From an uncultured virus (IMG/VR IMGVR_UViG_3300042880_000331) (lineage: Duplodnaviria; Heunggongvirae; Uroviricota; Caudoviricetes): a stretch of DNA of 20,000 bases. Shown here piece by piece: positions 8,601 through 15,177 of the stretch. Each line of letters begins with the position of its first letter. Position 1 is the stretch's first letter. The stretch lies in IMG/VR virus record IMGVR_UViG_3300042880_000331; one strand, 5' to 3'. The notes under the pieces were generated by a model that saw nothing but the letters and a program-made list of their open reading frames with translations, was not told the DNA's origin and searched no databases. The translations under genes and the position numbers were made by a program.

Positions 8601-9706
8601 GTCGCGCCACTGGTGCCCCCTGTGACCGTGTTAGACCCAAGGGCAGCTTGTGTAGGCACGTTGCCGGGAGAAGACGTTCCGGACAATAGGTCGTACTGAA
8701 ACACTGTGTTAGAATTGGTTCCAGCGACATACATGCGGGAACCGTCCGGCTTGAAAGCCAAACCAGCGGGAGAAGTGTCCTGCCCGGCAACATTGAACGA
8801 TAAACCGCTGTAAGACGCAGACCCTACATTCCATGCAGTTGAAAGAGAGTATTGGTAGACCGTATCCGCCGTTCTCCCAACGACATACATGCGCGATCCG
8901 TCCGGCTTGAAGGCAATGGCTGCTGGCTGTGCCTCCTGCCCGGCAACACTGAACGATGTACCACTAAAGGATGCCGAAGTTAAATTCCATGCCGTCGAAA
9001 GAGAGTATTGGTAGACCGTATCGTTATTAATCCCAGCAACATACATCTTTGTGCCATCGGCACTGAAGGCAATGGCTCTTGGCTGCCCCTCCTGCCCGGT
9101 AACACTGAACGATATGCCGCCATAAGACGCTGTGTTGATATTCCATGCCGTCGAAAGAGAGTATTGGTATACTTTACCCGATCCTCTTCCAACAACGTAC
9201 ATTTTTGTGCCGTCGGCACTGAAAGCTAAGTCTGTCAGATTACGGTCTTGGGAGGAGGTCAAAAAGTAAGCGGTCCAGGATGCCGAACCAATATCCCACG
9301 CTGTGGAAAGTGCATATTGTTGTACTGCAGAATCAAATTCATCAAAATCAGTGCCGACAGTGTACATCTTTGTGCCGTCGGCACTGAAGGTAACACCATC
9401 TGGATAGATACCTTCTCCATTGACATTGCGCGACACCCCACCATAGGAGGCACCCGCAACATCCCAAGGTGTGCCTGTGGAAGACTCGAAAGGCACTTCC
9501 CAAACTTTGGTGCCGTCGATCAAGACCGATCCACCCAACGTCGATGAGAGCGTGACAATACCAAACGCAGCCGCCTGCTGATTGATCTGCGTATCAGCAT
9601 CAATCGTCAGCGCCCCGCCGTTAATCGTGATGGACTCGCCGTCAAGCAAGCCCGAAATGGCGGCGTCGTCATAGTTGACGGCAGTGGTGATGGTCTGGTT
9701 TGCCAA
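5612..9706 (-). CDS. Large multidomain fibre/spike-like adhesin, 1364 aa
   Basis: TTG start with AGGA RBS; T/G/S/A/N-rich. Contains five ~52-aa repeats, a putative CBM-like domain, a probable beta-helix-like region (FRRCRF, FVFEDCEV, LKISNI, FRRIY) and a C-terminal beta-sandwich. Function is inferred. Confidence 0.8.
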   Translation of the reverse strand: MANQTITTAVNYDDAAISGLLDGESITINGGALTIDADTQINQQAAAFGIVTLSSTLGGSVLIDGTKVWEVPFESSTGTPWDVAGASYGGVSRNVNGEGIYPDGVTFSADGTKMYTVGTDFDEFDSAVQQYALSTAWDIGSASWTAYFLTSSQDRNLTDLAFSADGTKMYVVGRGSGKVYQYSLSTAWNINTASYGGISFSVTGQEGQPRAIAFSADGTKMYVAGINNDTVYQYSLSTAWNLTSASFSGTSFSVAGQEAQPAAIAFKPDGSRMYVVGRTADTVYQYSLSTAWNVGSASYSGLSFNVAGQDTSPAGLAFKPDGSRMYVAGTNSNTVFQYDLLSGTSSPGNVPTQAALGSNTVTGGTSGATGELTRVWASGSFDPAVAGAAMPAAGYIKLRSKTGNFQAGETITLPGGATIVASNAGKRGAIQVIARTIGGTSVFMAVPRLSSCVVDGDWYDLGTTNGADNQTFTLPVREELGGVQIETAPGSGVYEWYANAGDIWNGHHTVNEGLTATNATLTRNAISAFPYPAAERIRETAVAGVHSASFALGANNTSFPAGAATFTARILRDTRQWVVVQFATNNSADRFGVLVDFVAGTLSAVPNVGSPTGTASSITALGGGIYEVKVSVNHTGTGAITIATSNSATPTYVNGLPSFTGSASEGVNIALSRLEMATFSFIPTDVRGKHCGVDPIAGTVQIALRGANNSGFKPPSGCKVRIPNVFLSTTQPVDSAAPMLTALNTRYYFNSGNPGPTVKGAVLNWFNTGNMVISDSCTTQYISSTAITNSCVGVGLMPSSTTALAFANAFAGGATDSRFTRRSNTLVFSATSTTNVAFRRCRFDLIARWQGLSQRQTTGPGQFGIVNLGMSNFVFEDCEVINGQTTIGAGNSNGLIKNFKYADVMTGGTPAVASSAFAFTGTNIELDGFSSLGGLSNVHPYDHIVNLAAGYFSNLKISNIGTPTAPYDCGSANPMGFIVNGGPGSEATFRRIYTTNNRTGAVNFVTTMPLVQMFDVWATGSQFIDLSGPSITSRGGRWSNFRRGFANANGTHWDDAYNSTTTGRISVMANEPTAASASQFSGTFGIGSGYTGSGSIVLSKLTDEAVWTSPYRFYGHTAFGGGGSPGGTATQNLIWEYKIDTGGGFGASWTFLANTVRTNGDPANGATTVTMNSADRAALTRQPQIGDFIQHSTFRLPQDTTITNIVGDVITVSNAFISSPLGANGTISFSPVNVAVSPTNGYLLQIRCRAIVAAAGTLTTGFSAGIQTNATDQQIPHPLPGSLVNITNLVPQSRVKVTRVDTGALLQQAFCGAGTTLNFDFQYTGSVEIEARNASGATAYRPWVTQASISPSAAANVVALQESD
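8690..9472 (-). repeat. Five tandem ~156-bp (52-aa) coding repeats, beta-propeller blades
   Basis: The TACAT anchor on the + strand lies at 8730, 8886, 9042, 9198 and 9363 (spacing 156,156,156,165). Unit SFSVxGQExQPxxIAF(SA/KP)DG(TK/SR)MYVxG...VYQYSLSTAWN. Confidence 0.93.
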
Positions 9707-9769
9707 GGTTTGTTCCTAGCTATTGCTCAGTTTTCCAGCCGCATAACTAAAGACGCAAGGTGTTACCAC

Positions 9770-9831
9770 GAGTATAGGCAGTCAGGGCAGGCTTTGCAAC
9801 GGGATTATACAAATCACGTTTTGGAAGTTTT
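9770..9831 (-). promoter_or_regulatory. Late-type promoter element, copy B (upstream of the 1364-aa gene)
   Basis: Minus strand AAAACTTC...ATTTGTATAATCCCG TTGCAA(9799-9794)-N17-TATACT(9776-9771). Confidence 0.78.
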
Positions 9832-9849
9832 GTTTCCAGCTATTTATAT

Positions 9850-10101
9850 CTAACTTTTTAATTCTGCCCTGATCAGAATTTCGTCTATAGTTTCTATCTT
9901 GCCGTTAGCACGGGACAGCGCCCGCGTCGTGGTCAGCAGCGCATCAACCATTTCGCCTTCTGTTACTGGTGCGCCTCTCGTCCAGCCAGGTTCGGGCTGA
10001 CGTAGTTCCAACGGTACGTCGGTCACAATTACCGTTGTTCTTCCGTTACTGGCCCCACAGGCGCTCAGCAGTAGTACGAAGCAAAGGGGATAACGGCGCA
10101 T
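9850..10101 (-). CDS. o-spanin (Rz1-like lipoprotein), 83 aa
   Basis: Start moved to 10101 (RBS GGAGG). MRRYPLCFVLLLSAC is a signal peptide with lipobox LSAC; Pro-rich stretch follows. Starts inside the 3' end of the i-spanin gene in another frame. Confidence 0.85.
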   Translation of the reverse strand: MRRYPLCFVLLLSACGASNGRTTVIVTDVPLELRQPEPGWTRGAPVTEGEMVDALLTTTRALSRANGKIETIDEILIRAELKS

Positions 10102-10351
10102 CTCTTCCCTCCATTTTTCGCAAATCAGCATCCAGATCACGCCACTGTGCATCTTCGTCAGTGATACGAGCGAAATGGGCGCGTAGCACGGCAGCAGCCT
10201 CATCCGATTGCGCCCGTGCCGCTCGTTCCGCACTAAGGTCAGTTTGCAGTATCTGTAGTTCGCCCCGGGCCGCGATCGCTTGGCCACGCTGCCACAGGCC
10301 CCATGTGGCCAGAAGCGCGATGACGGCCGCAGCAGCCAGCCAGCGTATCAC
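10046..10351 (-). CDS. i-spanin (Rz-like), 101 aa
   Basis: N-terminal TM helix (WLAAAAVIALLATWGLW) followed by an Ala/Arg/Glu coiled coil. Directly after the endolysin (GTGA overlap). Confidence 0.85.
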   Translation of the reverse strand: MIRWLAAAAVIALLATWGLWQRGQAIAARGELQILQTDLSAERAARAQSDEAAAVLRAHFARITDEDAQWRDLDADLRKMEGRDAPLSPLLRTTAERLWGQ

Positions 10352-10956
10352 GGCGCCACCGCATCGGGACGGGCCTGCCAGGCCTTAAACGCCGCCGCCA
10401 GCTTGGTATGATAGCCGTGCTTGGCATAGCCCGGCCCGTTGTACCCACGGGCGAACCCGCGCCAGTCGTGGTTTCGCAATTCGTCGTCCAGCGCCTCGGA
10501 AATAATGAACCTCACCATCGCGATCAGGTGCTTTTCCTCGTCGTCCAGGAAGTCGGAGATCATGTCTTCGGCGGTGGCGTAGCCCGCCGATTTGGCGTTA
10601 AACCCCATGATCTGCGCCAGCCCCCAGGACGCGCTTCTCAGCGCGCCCGGCCGGTCAATCTTGATTGCCGCCAGAAGGCGCGGGTAGCTGTCGGCGGGGT
10701 AGGGCCGCTCCCCCCAGCGCTCATAGGCAAGGCCCTGTGTCACTGCCAGTTCGCGCTTGCGTTCGCCCAACTCTCGATAGAACCTGTGTGGCTCGAAAAG
10801 CATCTTCAGCCGGCCCTGCGCATCAAAGCCTGAACCGGACGCTTCTACGGCAACTACGGCGCGCAACTCATCCTCACCGACGCCGATCAGTTTGGCGGCA
10901 CGGCCAAAATCCCAGGCATCAAGCCGCTTCGCCTTACCTCTGAACGAGTTTGTCAT
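10348..10956 (-). CDS. Endolysin, N-acetylmuramidase (DUF3380 family)
   Basis: Motifs AVVAVEASGSGF, LFEPHRFY, ASWGLAQIMGFN, W..FARGYNG..Y...Y..KL. RBS GGAG. Confidence 0.93.
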   Translation of the reverse strand: MTNSFRGKAKRLDAWDFGRAAKLIGVGEDELRAVVAVEASGSGFDAQGRLKMLFEPHRFYRELGERKRELAVTQGLAYERWGERPYPADSYPRLLAAIKIDRPGALRSASWGLAQIMGFNAKSAGYATAEDMISDFLDDEEKHLIAMVRFIISEALDDELRNHDWRGFARGYNGPGYAKHGYHTKLAAAFKAWQARPDAVAP

Positions 10957-10969
10957 GTCAGTGCTCCGG

Positions 10970-11113
10970 TTAGAACAGGAACGGAAGAACGAGGAACAGA
11001 AAAGCCGCGATAGGCAGGCCGATTTTCAGCGTGTGCCAGAAATCGTCACAGGGCCGCTCCTTCTCCCGCCGAAACAGCGGTTTTGGGTCCGCAACCAAGT
11101 CATTATTTTGCAT
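10970..11113 (-). CDS. Small membrane protein, 47 aa (lysis accessory/antiholin candidate)
   Basis: Below the ORF-track cutoff. Reads MQNNDLVADPKPLFRREKERPCDDFWHTLKIGLPIAAFLFLVLPFLF with a C-terminal TM helix. Fills the gap between holin and endolysin and overlaps the holin stop. Confidence 0.7.
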   Translation of the reverse strand: MQNNDLVADPKPLFRREKERPCDDFWHTLKIGLPIAAFLFLVLPFLF

Positions 11114-11435
11114 CGGTATTGCTTTCCGGCCCGATGCTTTTGCCCGCAGCCATGCGCTCGATCAGGGTAACGGCCATCAGCCCGATCAGAAAAGCCGCAG
11201 CACAAAGCGTGCCAAGCGCCCCGGCCATGCCATCCGGCAGATCGCCAATCCACGGGCGCAGAAGGTGCGGGGCCAGAACCCCGACCCCAAATGCGGTGGA
11301 TGAGCCAATAAACATCACGCGCAGACCTTCGCGCCACGACGTTTTCAACGCAGCTGACCGCACGGCCCCTCCCAGGGCACCAAAGAACGCGAGGATCACT
11401 CCTCGTTCGTTAAAGATTGAATGCCAATCGCTCAC
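11103..11435 (-). CDS. Holin, 110 aa, about three hydrophobic segments
   Basis: GTG start at 11435 preferred (GGGG upstream). Hydrophobic segments VILAFFGALGGAV, VMFIGSSTAFGVGVLA and LGTLCAAAFLIGLMAVTLI; charged C-terminus; first gene of the lysis cassette. Confidence 0.8.
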   Translation of the reverse strand: MSDWHSIFNERGVILAFFGALGGAVRSAALKTSWREGLRVMFIGSSTAFGVGVLAPHLLRPWIGDLPDGMAGALGTLCAAAFLIGLMAVTLIERMAAGKSIGPESNTDAK

Positions 11436-11526
11436 ACGAGATACCCCAGACAATCAATCAATCTGCTCATTGGCATATCCTTAGCGCGGTTGATACACCG
11501 TGTCGCCATCGACCGACGGTAGACAA

Positions 11527-11555
11527 CCCATAGCATAGGAAACCCCACCACGCAA
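11527..11555 (-). promoter_or_regulatory. Putative promoter of the lysis cassette
   Basis: TTGCGT-N17-TATGGG with TGC immediately before the -10 box, the same pattern as other promoters in the window. Confidence 0.5.
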
Positions 11556-11675
11556 GGGGTGATCGCAAAAATGCAGCAGCGGCCGCAGGGGGCGTTGCAT
11601 AATGCAGGGCGGTTAAGGGTGCGGCCATAGCGAGCACTGGCCCACTGCGGCGTTTTTCAGGGGTGCGGTGGCATT

Positions 11676-11867
11676 CTAGCGGGTTCGCGCTTGCAGTACC
11701 AGCTTTGGCTCAAGGCCACCTTGCACCTTCACATTTTCGATTTCCATTTCAGGACCAAAGTCCCCAACCCGGATCACGACGGGAGAGTGCGGGCTGATCC
11801 CGTGTTGCTGGACAGCCATCTTGACGGCGTCGATGACCCATCCAATCTTCTTAGGTTCAGTTGACAT
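11676..11867 (-). CDS. Hypothetical protein, 63 aa
   Basis: Start moved to MSTEPKK at 11867 (RBS AAGGA). Overlaps the upstream gene end. Confidence 0.7.
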   Translation of the reverse strand: MSTEPKKIGWVIDAVKMAVQQHGISPHSPVVIRVGDFGPEMEIENVKVQGGLEPKLVLQARTR

Positions 11868-12198
11868 TCTTGTGTCCTTTCTGTATGACAAAGTGGCGCA
11901 GCTTGCCCACCTTTCTGGATTCTTCAGCGACAATGGTTTCGATACCGAACAGGCGGAAGACCCGCAAGATTTCGAAGTCTTTGGGACGTTCTTTTGTGGA
12001 CGAAAAAGACAGCTCTAGTTGGCCGTCTGCATCTAATGTGGCGATCCAGTGCAGGCCGCAGGTTTCCCCGCTGGACAGCTCACCCTTCATACCCTTGCGG
12101 GCCATAACGTCCTTGAGGGTTGCAATGCGGACAGGATTAGTTTCCGCATACTTCGCAAAGTTTGTCAGGTCATATTTCTTGATTGGCCCAGGCGTCAT
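11857..12198 (-). CDS. Hypothetical protein, 113 aa
   Basis: ATGA-coupled to the nuclease gene, RBS GAGG. Confidence 0.75.
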   Translation of the reverse strand: MTPGPIKKYDLTNFAKYAETNPVRIATLKDVMARKGMKGELSSGETCGLHWIATLDADGQLELSFSSTKERPKDFEILRVFRLFGIETIVAEESRKVGKLRHFVIQKGHKNVN

Positions 12199-12662
12199 AC
12201 CTTGACCTCATACCCATTCTTGAGCTTCGCTTCCACCCAAAGCCCAAACCAAGCCTTGAACGTTTCGATGTCTGTTTCGCCCACCGCGACCATATGGTTT
12301 ACGAACTGCCCTTGGATAGGCAAGTGAATAGGCAAGCGGACATGCCAAGCTTTTCGGTTCTGCCTATAGATAAGAACAGGGACCTCGTTGTTCCGAGAAG
12401 CAGCAGCAACCGTCTGGCGCCACCATTCCGGAATCGCCAACGTCTCCTGGCGCTTAACTTCTACTGACAAACCGAAGCAGTTGGTGAGGTCATTTCCGCC
12501 GACCGCGCTCTGCATCTGGTTGCGCTGGACGGTCCGCATACCTTTAAGGCAGTCTGGCTCGTCATAGCCCATTCGCTTCATTGTGGTATAGATAGCGTAA
12601 TTAAGCATGTCAGCAATCTCACGCTCGCCAGTTTGCCCTTTCGTTCTTGCGTTTAGGGTCAT
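12195..12662 (-). CDS. PD-(D/E)XK endonuclease, Holliday-junction-resolvase-like, 155 aa
   Basis: Start 12662 (RBS AAGGAG). R.KG..GERE.A, GG.DL......VEVKR.E, W.Q and P.L.YRQNRK.W are hallmarks of phage Hjc-like resolvases. Confidence 0.85.
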   Translation of the reverse strand: MTLNARTKGQTGEREIADMLNYAIYTTMKRMGYDEPDCLKGMRTVQRNQMQSAVGGNDLTNCFGLSVEVKRQETLAIPEWWRQTVAAASRNNEVPVLIYRQNRKAWHVRLPIHLPIQGQFVNHMVAVGETDIETFKAWFGLWVEAKLKNGYEVKV

Positions 12663-12745
12663 GTCGTCTCCTTGCGGTGAACACCTTCGCCGAGCAGCTT
12701 GCCACAAACGAGGTTAAACAAGTCTTCGAATGCTGGATCGCTCAT
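12659..12745 (-). CDS. 28-aa peptide coupled at both ends
   Basis: MSDPAFEDLFNLVCGKLLGEGVHRKETT; ATGA overlaps with both the upstream stop and the downstream start. Confidence 0.55.
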   Translation of the reverse strand: MSDPAFEDLFNLVCGKLLGEGVHRKETT

Positions 12746-13221
12746 AGTGCTAGCACTTTTTCCGGGTCGTACGCCCACTGGAGCAGACCTTGCTTCACAA
12801 CTGGTGAACACCAGCCCCGCGCCTTAATTTGGTTGCGCCCATAGCGCCCCCACCGATCCGCGAAATTCACCCATCGCTGGATTTGCCAGCTGTCACGGGT
12901 ATGCCTACGACCGCTAGCATATCGGCAATACCAGTGGAACCATCCAAGCGGATCTTCTGGTTTCAACCACCCTTGCGCTGCCCACGCTTCAAAACTATCA
13001 CCACTCTTTGCGTTGTATTGGTTTCGTGCCTTGGAGAACTTGCCAATTTGCGTTTCAGCAGCGCATCGGATGCCAATTGCCATTCCAGAAAAGTCTTCAT
13101 CCGTAGCTTTGTTGAAGTAGCTGCCCCCAAAGACACCACGGGCCATCATTTCTTCTGGCGTAAGCTGTGGTAAGAATGGGTTCACCGCAGACTTAAACAT
13201 CTCGTCAAACAGGTCAGGCAT
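12742..13221 (-). CDS. Conserved uncharacterised Trp/Arg-rich protein, 159 aa
   Basis: Start moved to 13221 (TAATG overlap). Motifs LTPEEMMARGVFGGSYF, DPLGWFHWYCRY..GRR...D..QI.RW, SP..KQ.LLQWAYD. Confidence 0.85.
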   Translation of the reverse strand: MPDLFDEMFKSAVNPFLPQLTPEEMMARGVFGGSYFNKATDEDFSGMAIGIRCAAETQIGKFSKARNQYNAKSGDSFEAWAAQGWLKPEDPLGWFHWYCRYASGRRHTRDSWQIQRWVNFADRWGRYGRNQIKARGWCSPVVKQGLLQWAYDPEKVLAL

Positions 13222-13412
13222 TAACAGAACCACCAAATAGGCCCAACAGTCGTAACCACAACGAACAGCAAAGTTCCGAGCGTCACAAGCATGTTCCACT
13301 TTCTTCCGTCACCACCACAAACCTCACAAGTCATTGGCGTAACACATTCAGTTAGATGATACCCGCGCCCTTTGCACGCCTTGCAGGGCGGTGGCTCAAA
13401 GTAATCTCGCAT
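13221..13412 (-). CDS. DnaJ-type zinc-finger protein with C-terminal TM helix, 63 aa
   Basis: CKACKGRG and CEVCGGDG (two CxxCxGxG), then hydrophobic LVTLGTLLFVVVTTVGPIWWF. RBS GGAG. Confidence 0.75.
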   Translation of the reverse strand: MRDYFEPPPCKACKGRGYHLTECVTPMTCEVCGGDGRKWNMLVTLGTLLFVVVTTVGPIWWFC

Positions 13413-13445
13413 TGTACGAACTCCAAAAGAACAACATTTGGTGAG

Positions 13446-13537
13446 CGTATAGCAGGGGCACGGTTCATCGCAAGTATAAAATTGCGTTCTTTACAGGCGT
13501 TTTTTTGCTTGCATATAGCGCCCCCGCCGTTTACTGT
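13446..13537. promoter_or_regulatory. Divergent promoter pair
   Basis: Minus: TTGCGA(13473-13468)-N16-TATACG. Plus: TTGCAT(13509-13514)-N17-TACTGT. Coincides with the switch in gene orientation. Confidence 0.65.
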
Positions 13538-13565
13538 GGTTCAAAGAGTAATGGAAGGAAGATAG

Positions 13566-13763
13566 ATGCGCTGGTTCGTGGAAGAAAAGACCTTCAAAGG
13601 AACTTGGTCACCCGCAATCTACTACAGCAAAGAACCTCCCACTGAAAAAGGGCTTTCCGGTAGCAGAACTTTCCGAAAACCTCCTATTGCTTTGCCTGCA
13701 GAACACAATTGTCTGTCATTAAGTGAAGTCATTGCGCTTTATGGTGGGAAAGAAGTAGCATGA
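13566..13763 (+). CDS. Hypothetical protein, 65 aa
   Basis: RBS AAGGAA; first gene after the plus-strand promoter; stop overlaps the next ATG. Confidence 0.75.
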   Translation: MRWFVEEKTFKGTWSPAIYYSKEPPTEKGLSGSRTFRKPPIALPAEHNCLSLSEVIALYGGKEVA

Positions 13764-13927
13764 GTGCAGGCAAAGTGATGGGCGCAGCTTGGCACGCCAT
13801 GGCAGGCACCATAGGCGAAATGGCGCTTGCACTGGAACGGAAACAACCAGTTCCAAAAGCGCAAGTGATACGTTGGATCATGCGGTTGCGTAAGGCAGCC
13901 GACATATTGGAGGAGCTAACGAAGTGA
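13760..13927 (+). CDS. Hypothetical protein, 55 aa
   Basis: Manual translation MSAGKVMGAAWHAMAGTIGEMALAL...DILEELTK; ATGA/GTGA overlaps on both sides. Confidence 0.7.
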   Translation: MSAGKVMGAAWHAMAGTIGEMALALERKQPVPKAQVIRWIMRLRKAADILEELTK

Positions 13928-14241
13928 AACTCAAGGCCGAACGCTACAGCCAACGCATGGGCTCCCGCATTTCCGTCATGAAGGATGGCGAGCGGGTTGC
14001 TATGCTGGAGGTCAAGATTGTGCGCCAGGGCACGCAGACCGTCGAAGAGGCGTCTGAAACTGTGGTCACCTACGTCAGCAGCTTGCAACCCGCAACCCTG
14101 CTGAACGAGGCGTTTGATCGGCTATTCGACATTATGCTTGGGGATGACGGTGAAGCTTATTTCCAAGCTGAACGGTTCCTGAAAGCACACCGCCCTGACC
14201 TCTACAACCGTATAAGCCAAGTAAAGGAACTTCTAAAATGA
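13924..14241 (+). CDS. Hypothetical protein, 105 aa
   Basis: GTG start with GGAG upstream, coupled to both neighbours. Confidence 0.75.
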   Translation: MKLKAERYSQRMGSRISVMKDGERVAMLEVKIVRQGTQTVEEASETVVTYVSSLQPATLLNEAFDRLFDIMLGDDGEAYFQAERFLKAHRPDLYNRISQVKELLK

Positions 14242-14405
14242 CCACAATATCGACGATATGCGTCACGGCTCTTGGAATATTCTTGATATACCTGTATTTC
14301 CTGCCGTTACAGTTTGAAGAAGTAATGCCAAATTGGCTTGACCGAACCCGGTTCATGTGCGCCACTAGCGAAAGCCAAGCAGAAAAGGACTTTTGGTGCA
14401 ACTAA
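14238..14405 (+). CDS. Small membrane protein, 55 aa
   Basis: Manual translation MTTISTICVTALGIFLIYLYFLPL...FMCATSESQAEKDFWCN; RBS AAGGA, ATGA overlap, N-terminal TM helix. Confidence 0.65.
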   Translation: MTTISTICVTALGIFLIYLYFLPLQFEEVMPNWLDRTRFMCATSESQAEKDFWCN

Positions 14406-14639
14406 GCTCGATATAGGTCAAAATATGGGGCGCGCTGTCTGTGTAGGCATACGGGGGCCGGGTGATTTTTCGGGTGGGGGCGATGTATCGGAATAGAATA
14501 AGAAGAGAGTAGTGGCTAGTTGGATAAGACTTAAAAATGGGGCGGGCTGGTCGGGTTCCGAGCCTCGCCAATCTCGGTCGAGCACAGAGGGAGGAGGGGA
14601 CCGGAGAGGTGCCCCATCTCGACCCCTAACCCCTTTACC

Positions 14640-14840
14640 TTACGCGGGGTTTACCACAGTGGGCAGGCGCGTTTGTACCGGGCAAACGTCAACTGTGTAG
14701 CCGTCAGCTAGTAGGTCAGCGTAGCCTTGTGCGTTGTACGCATAGCCATGCGTAGCAAGCCACCGCCTTGCAACACGGTAACATTCAAACACCTGCACCA
14801 AACCTGTTTCGGCGTGTGTAACTACGGTAACTTTTTCCAC
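14640..14840 (-). CDS. Hypothetical protein, 66 aa (paralogue of 16107-16268)
   Basis: GTG start with AGGGG RBS, own promoter at 14888-14916, similarity to 16107-16268. Confidence 0.75.
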   Translation of the reverse strand: MEKVTVVTHAETGLVQVFECYRVARRWLATHGYAYNAQGYADLLADGYTVDVCPVQTRLPTVVNPA

Positions 14841-14862
14841 GGTGTAAACCCCTGTTTGCGGT

Positions 14863-15016
14863 GTAGCACAGCGCTACCCTGTACCGCACCATAGCAAAGG
14901 AGCTGAACTATTGCAAGCAAAATAAATTCCGAATTTATTTTATATCGATGCAAAAATCCCTTGCATGTGGGTCAGTAAGCTGCTATGCATTAGCTATGCG
15001 GTAGCACGGTGCTACC
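14863..15016. promoter_or_regulatory. Divergent promoter pair with central AT-rich palindrome and two operator-like dyads
   Basis: Minus: TTGCAA(14916-14911)-N17-TATGGT. Plus: TTGCAT(14961-14966)-N17-TATGCA. Palindrome AAAATAAATTC-C-GAATTTATTTT at 14919-14941. GTAGCAC-N-G(T/C)GCTAC at 14863-14877 and 15001-15015. Confidence 0.75.
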
Positions 15017-15036
15017 CAACAGCAAAGGGTTACACC

Positions 15037-15177
15037 ATGCAACACATCAAAAACCACATTGCGCTTTACCTACTTTGTACCAAGTATCTTTACAATTGGT
15101 TGCCCAAAGCGTGCAGCTATGGTGCCTTAACCAAAACCAAAAAGGGTGACACCATGCAACCGCAACCACTCCGCTAA
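15037..15177 (+). CDS. Small hypothetical protein, 46 aa
   Basis: ATG 15037 after AAAGGG, downstream of the plus-strand promoter. The 14965 start in the ORF track lies inside the promoter. Confidence 0.5.
   Translation: MQHIKNHIALYLLCTKYLYNWLPKACSYGALTKTKKGDTMQPQPLR

Noticed and set aside
8690..9472. 156-bp periodic repeats as a CRISPR array or DGR template/variable repeat
   Set aside because: They are in-frame coding repeats without unique spacers or evident adenine-specific variation, and no cas or reverse transcriptase gene is in the window.
65..13173. Numerous plus-strand ORFs in the track (e.g. 5087-5863, 6897-7466, 8069-8689)
   Set aside because: They are antisense shadows of well-supported, tightly coupled minus-strand genes in GC-rich DNA, with no recognisable motifs.
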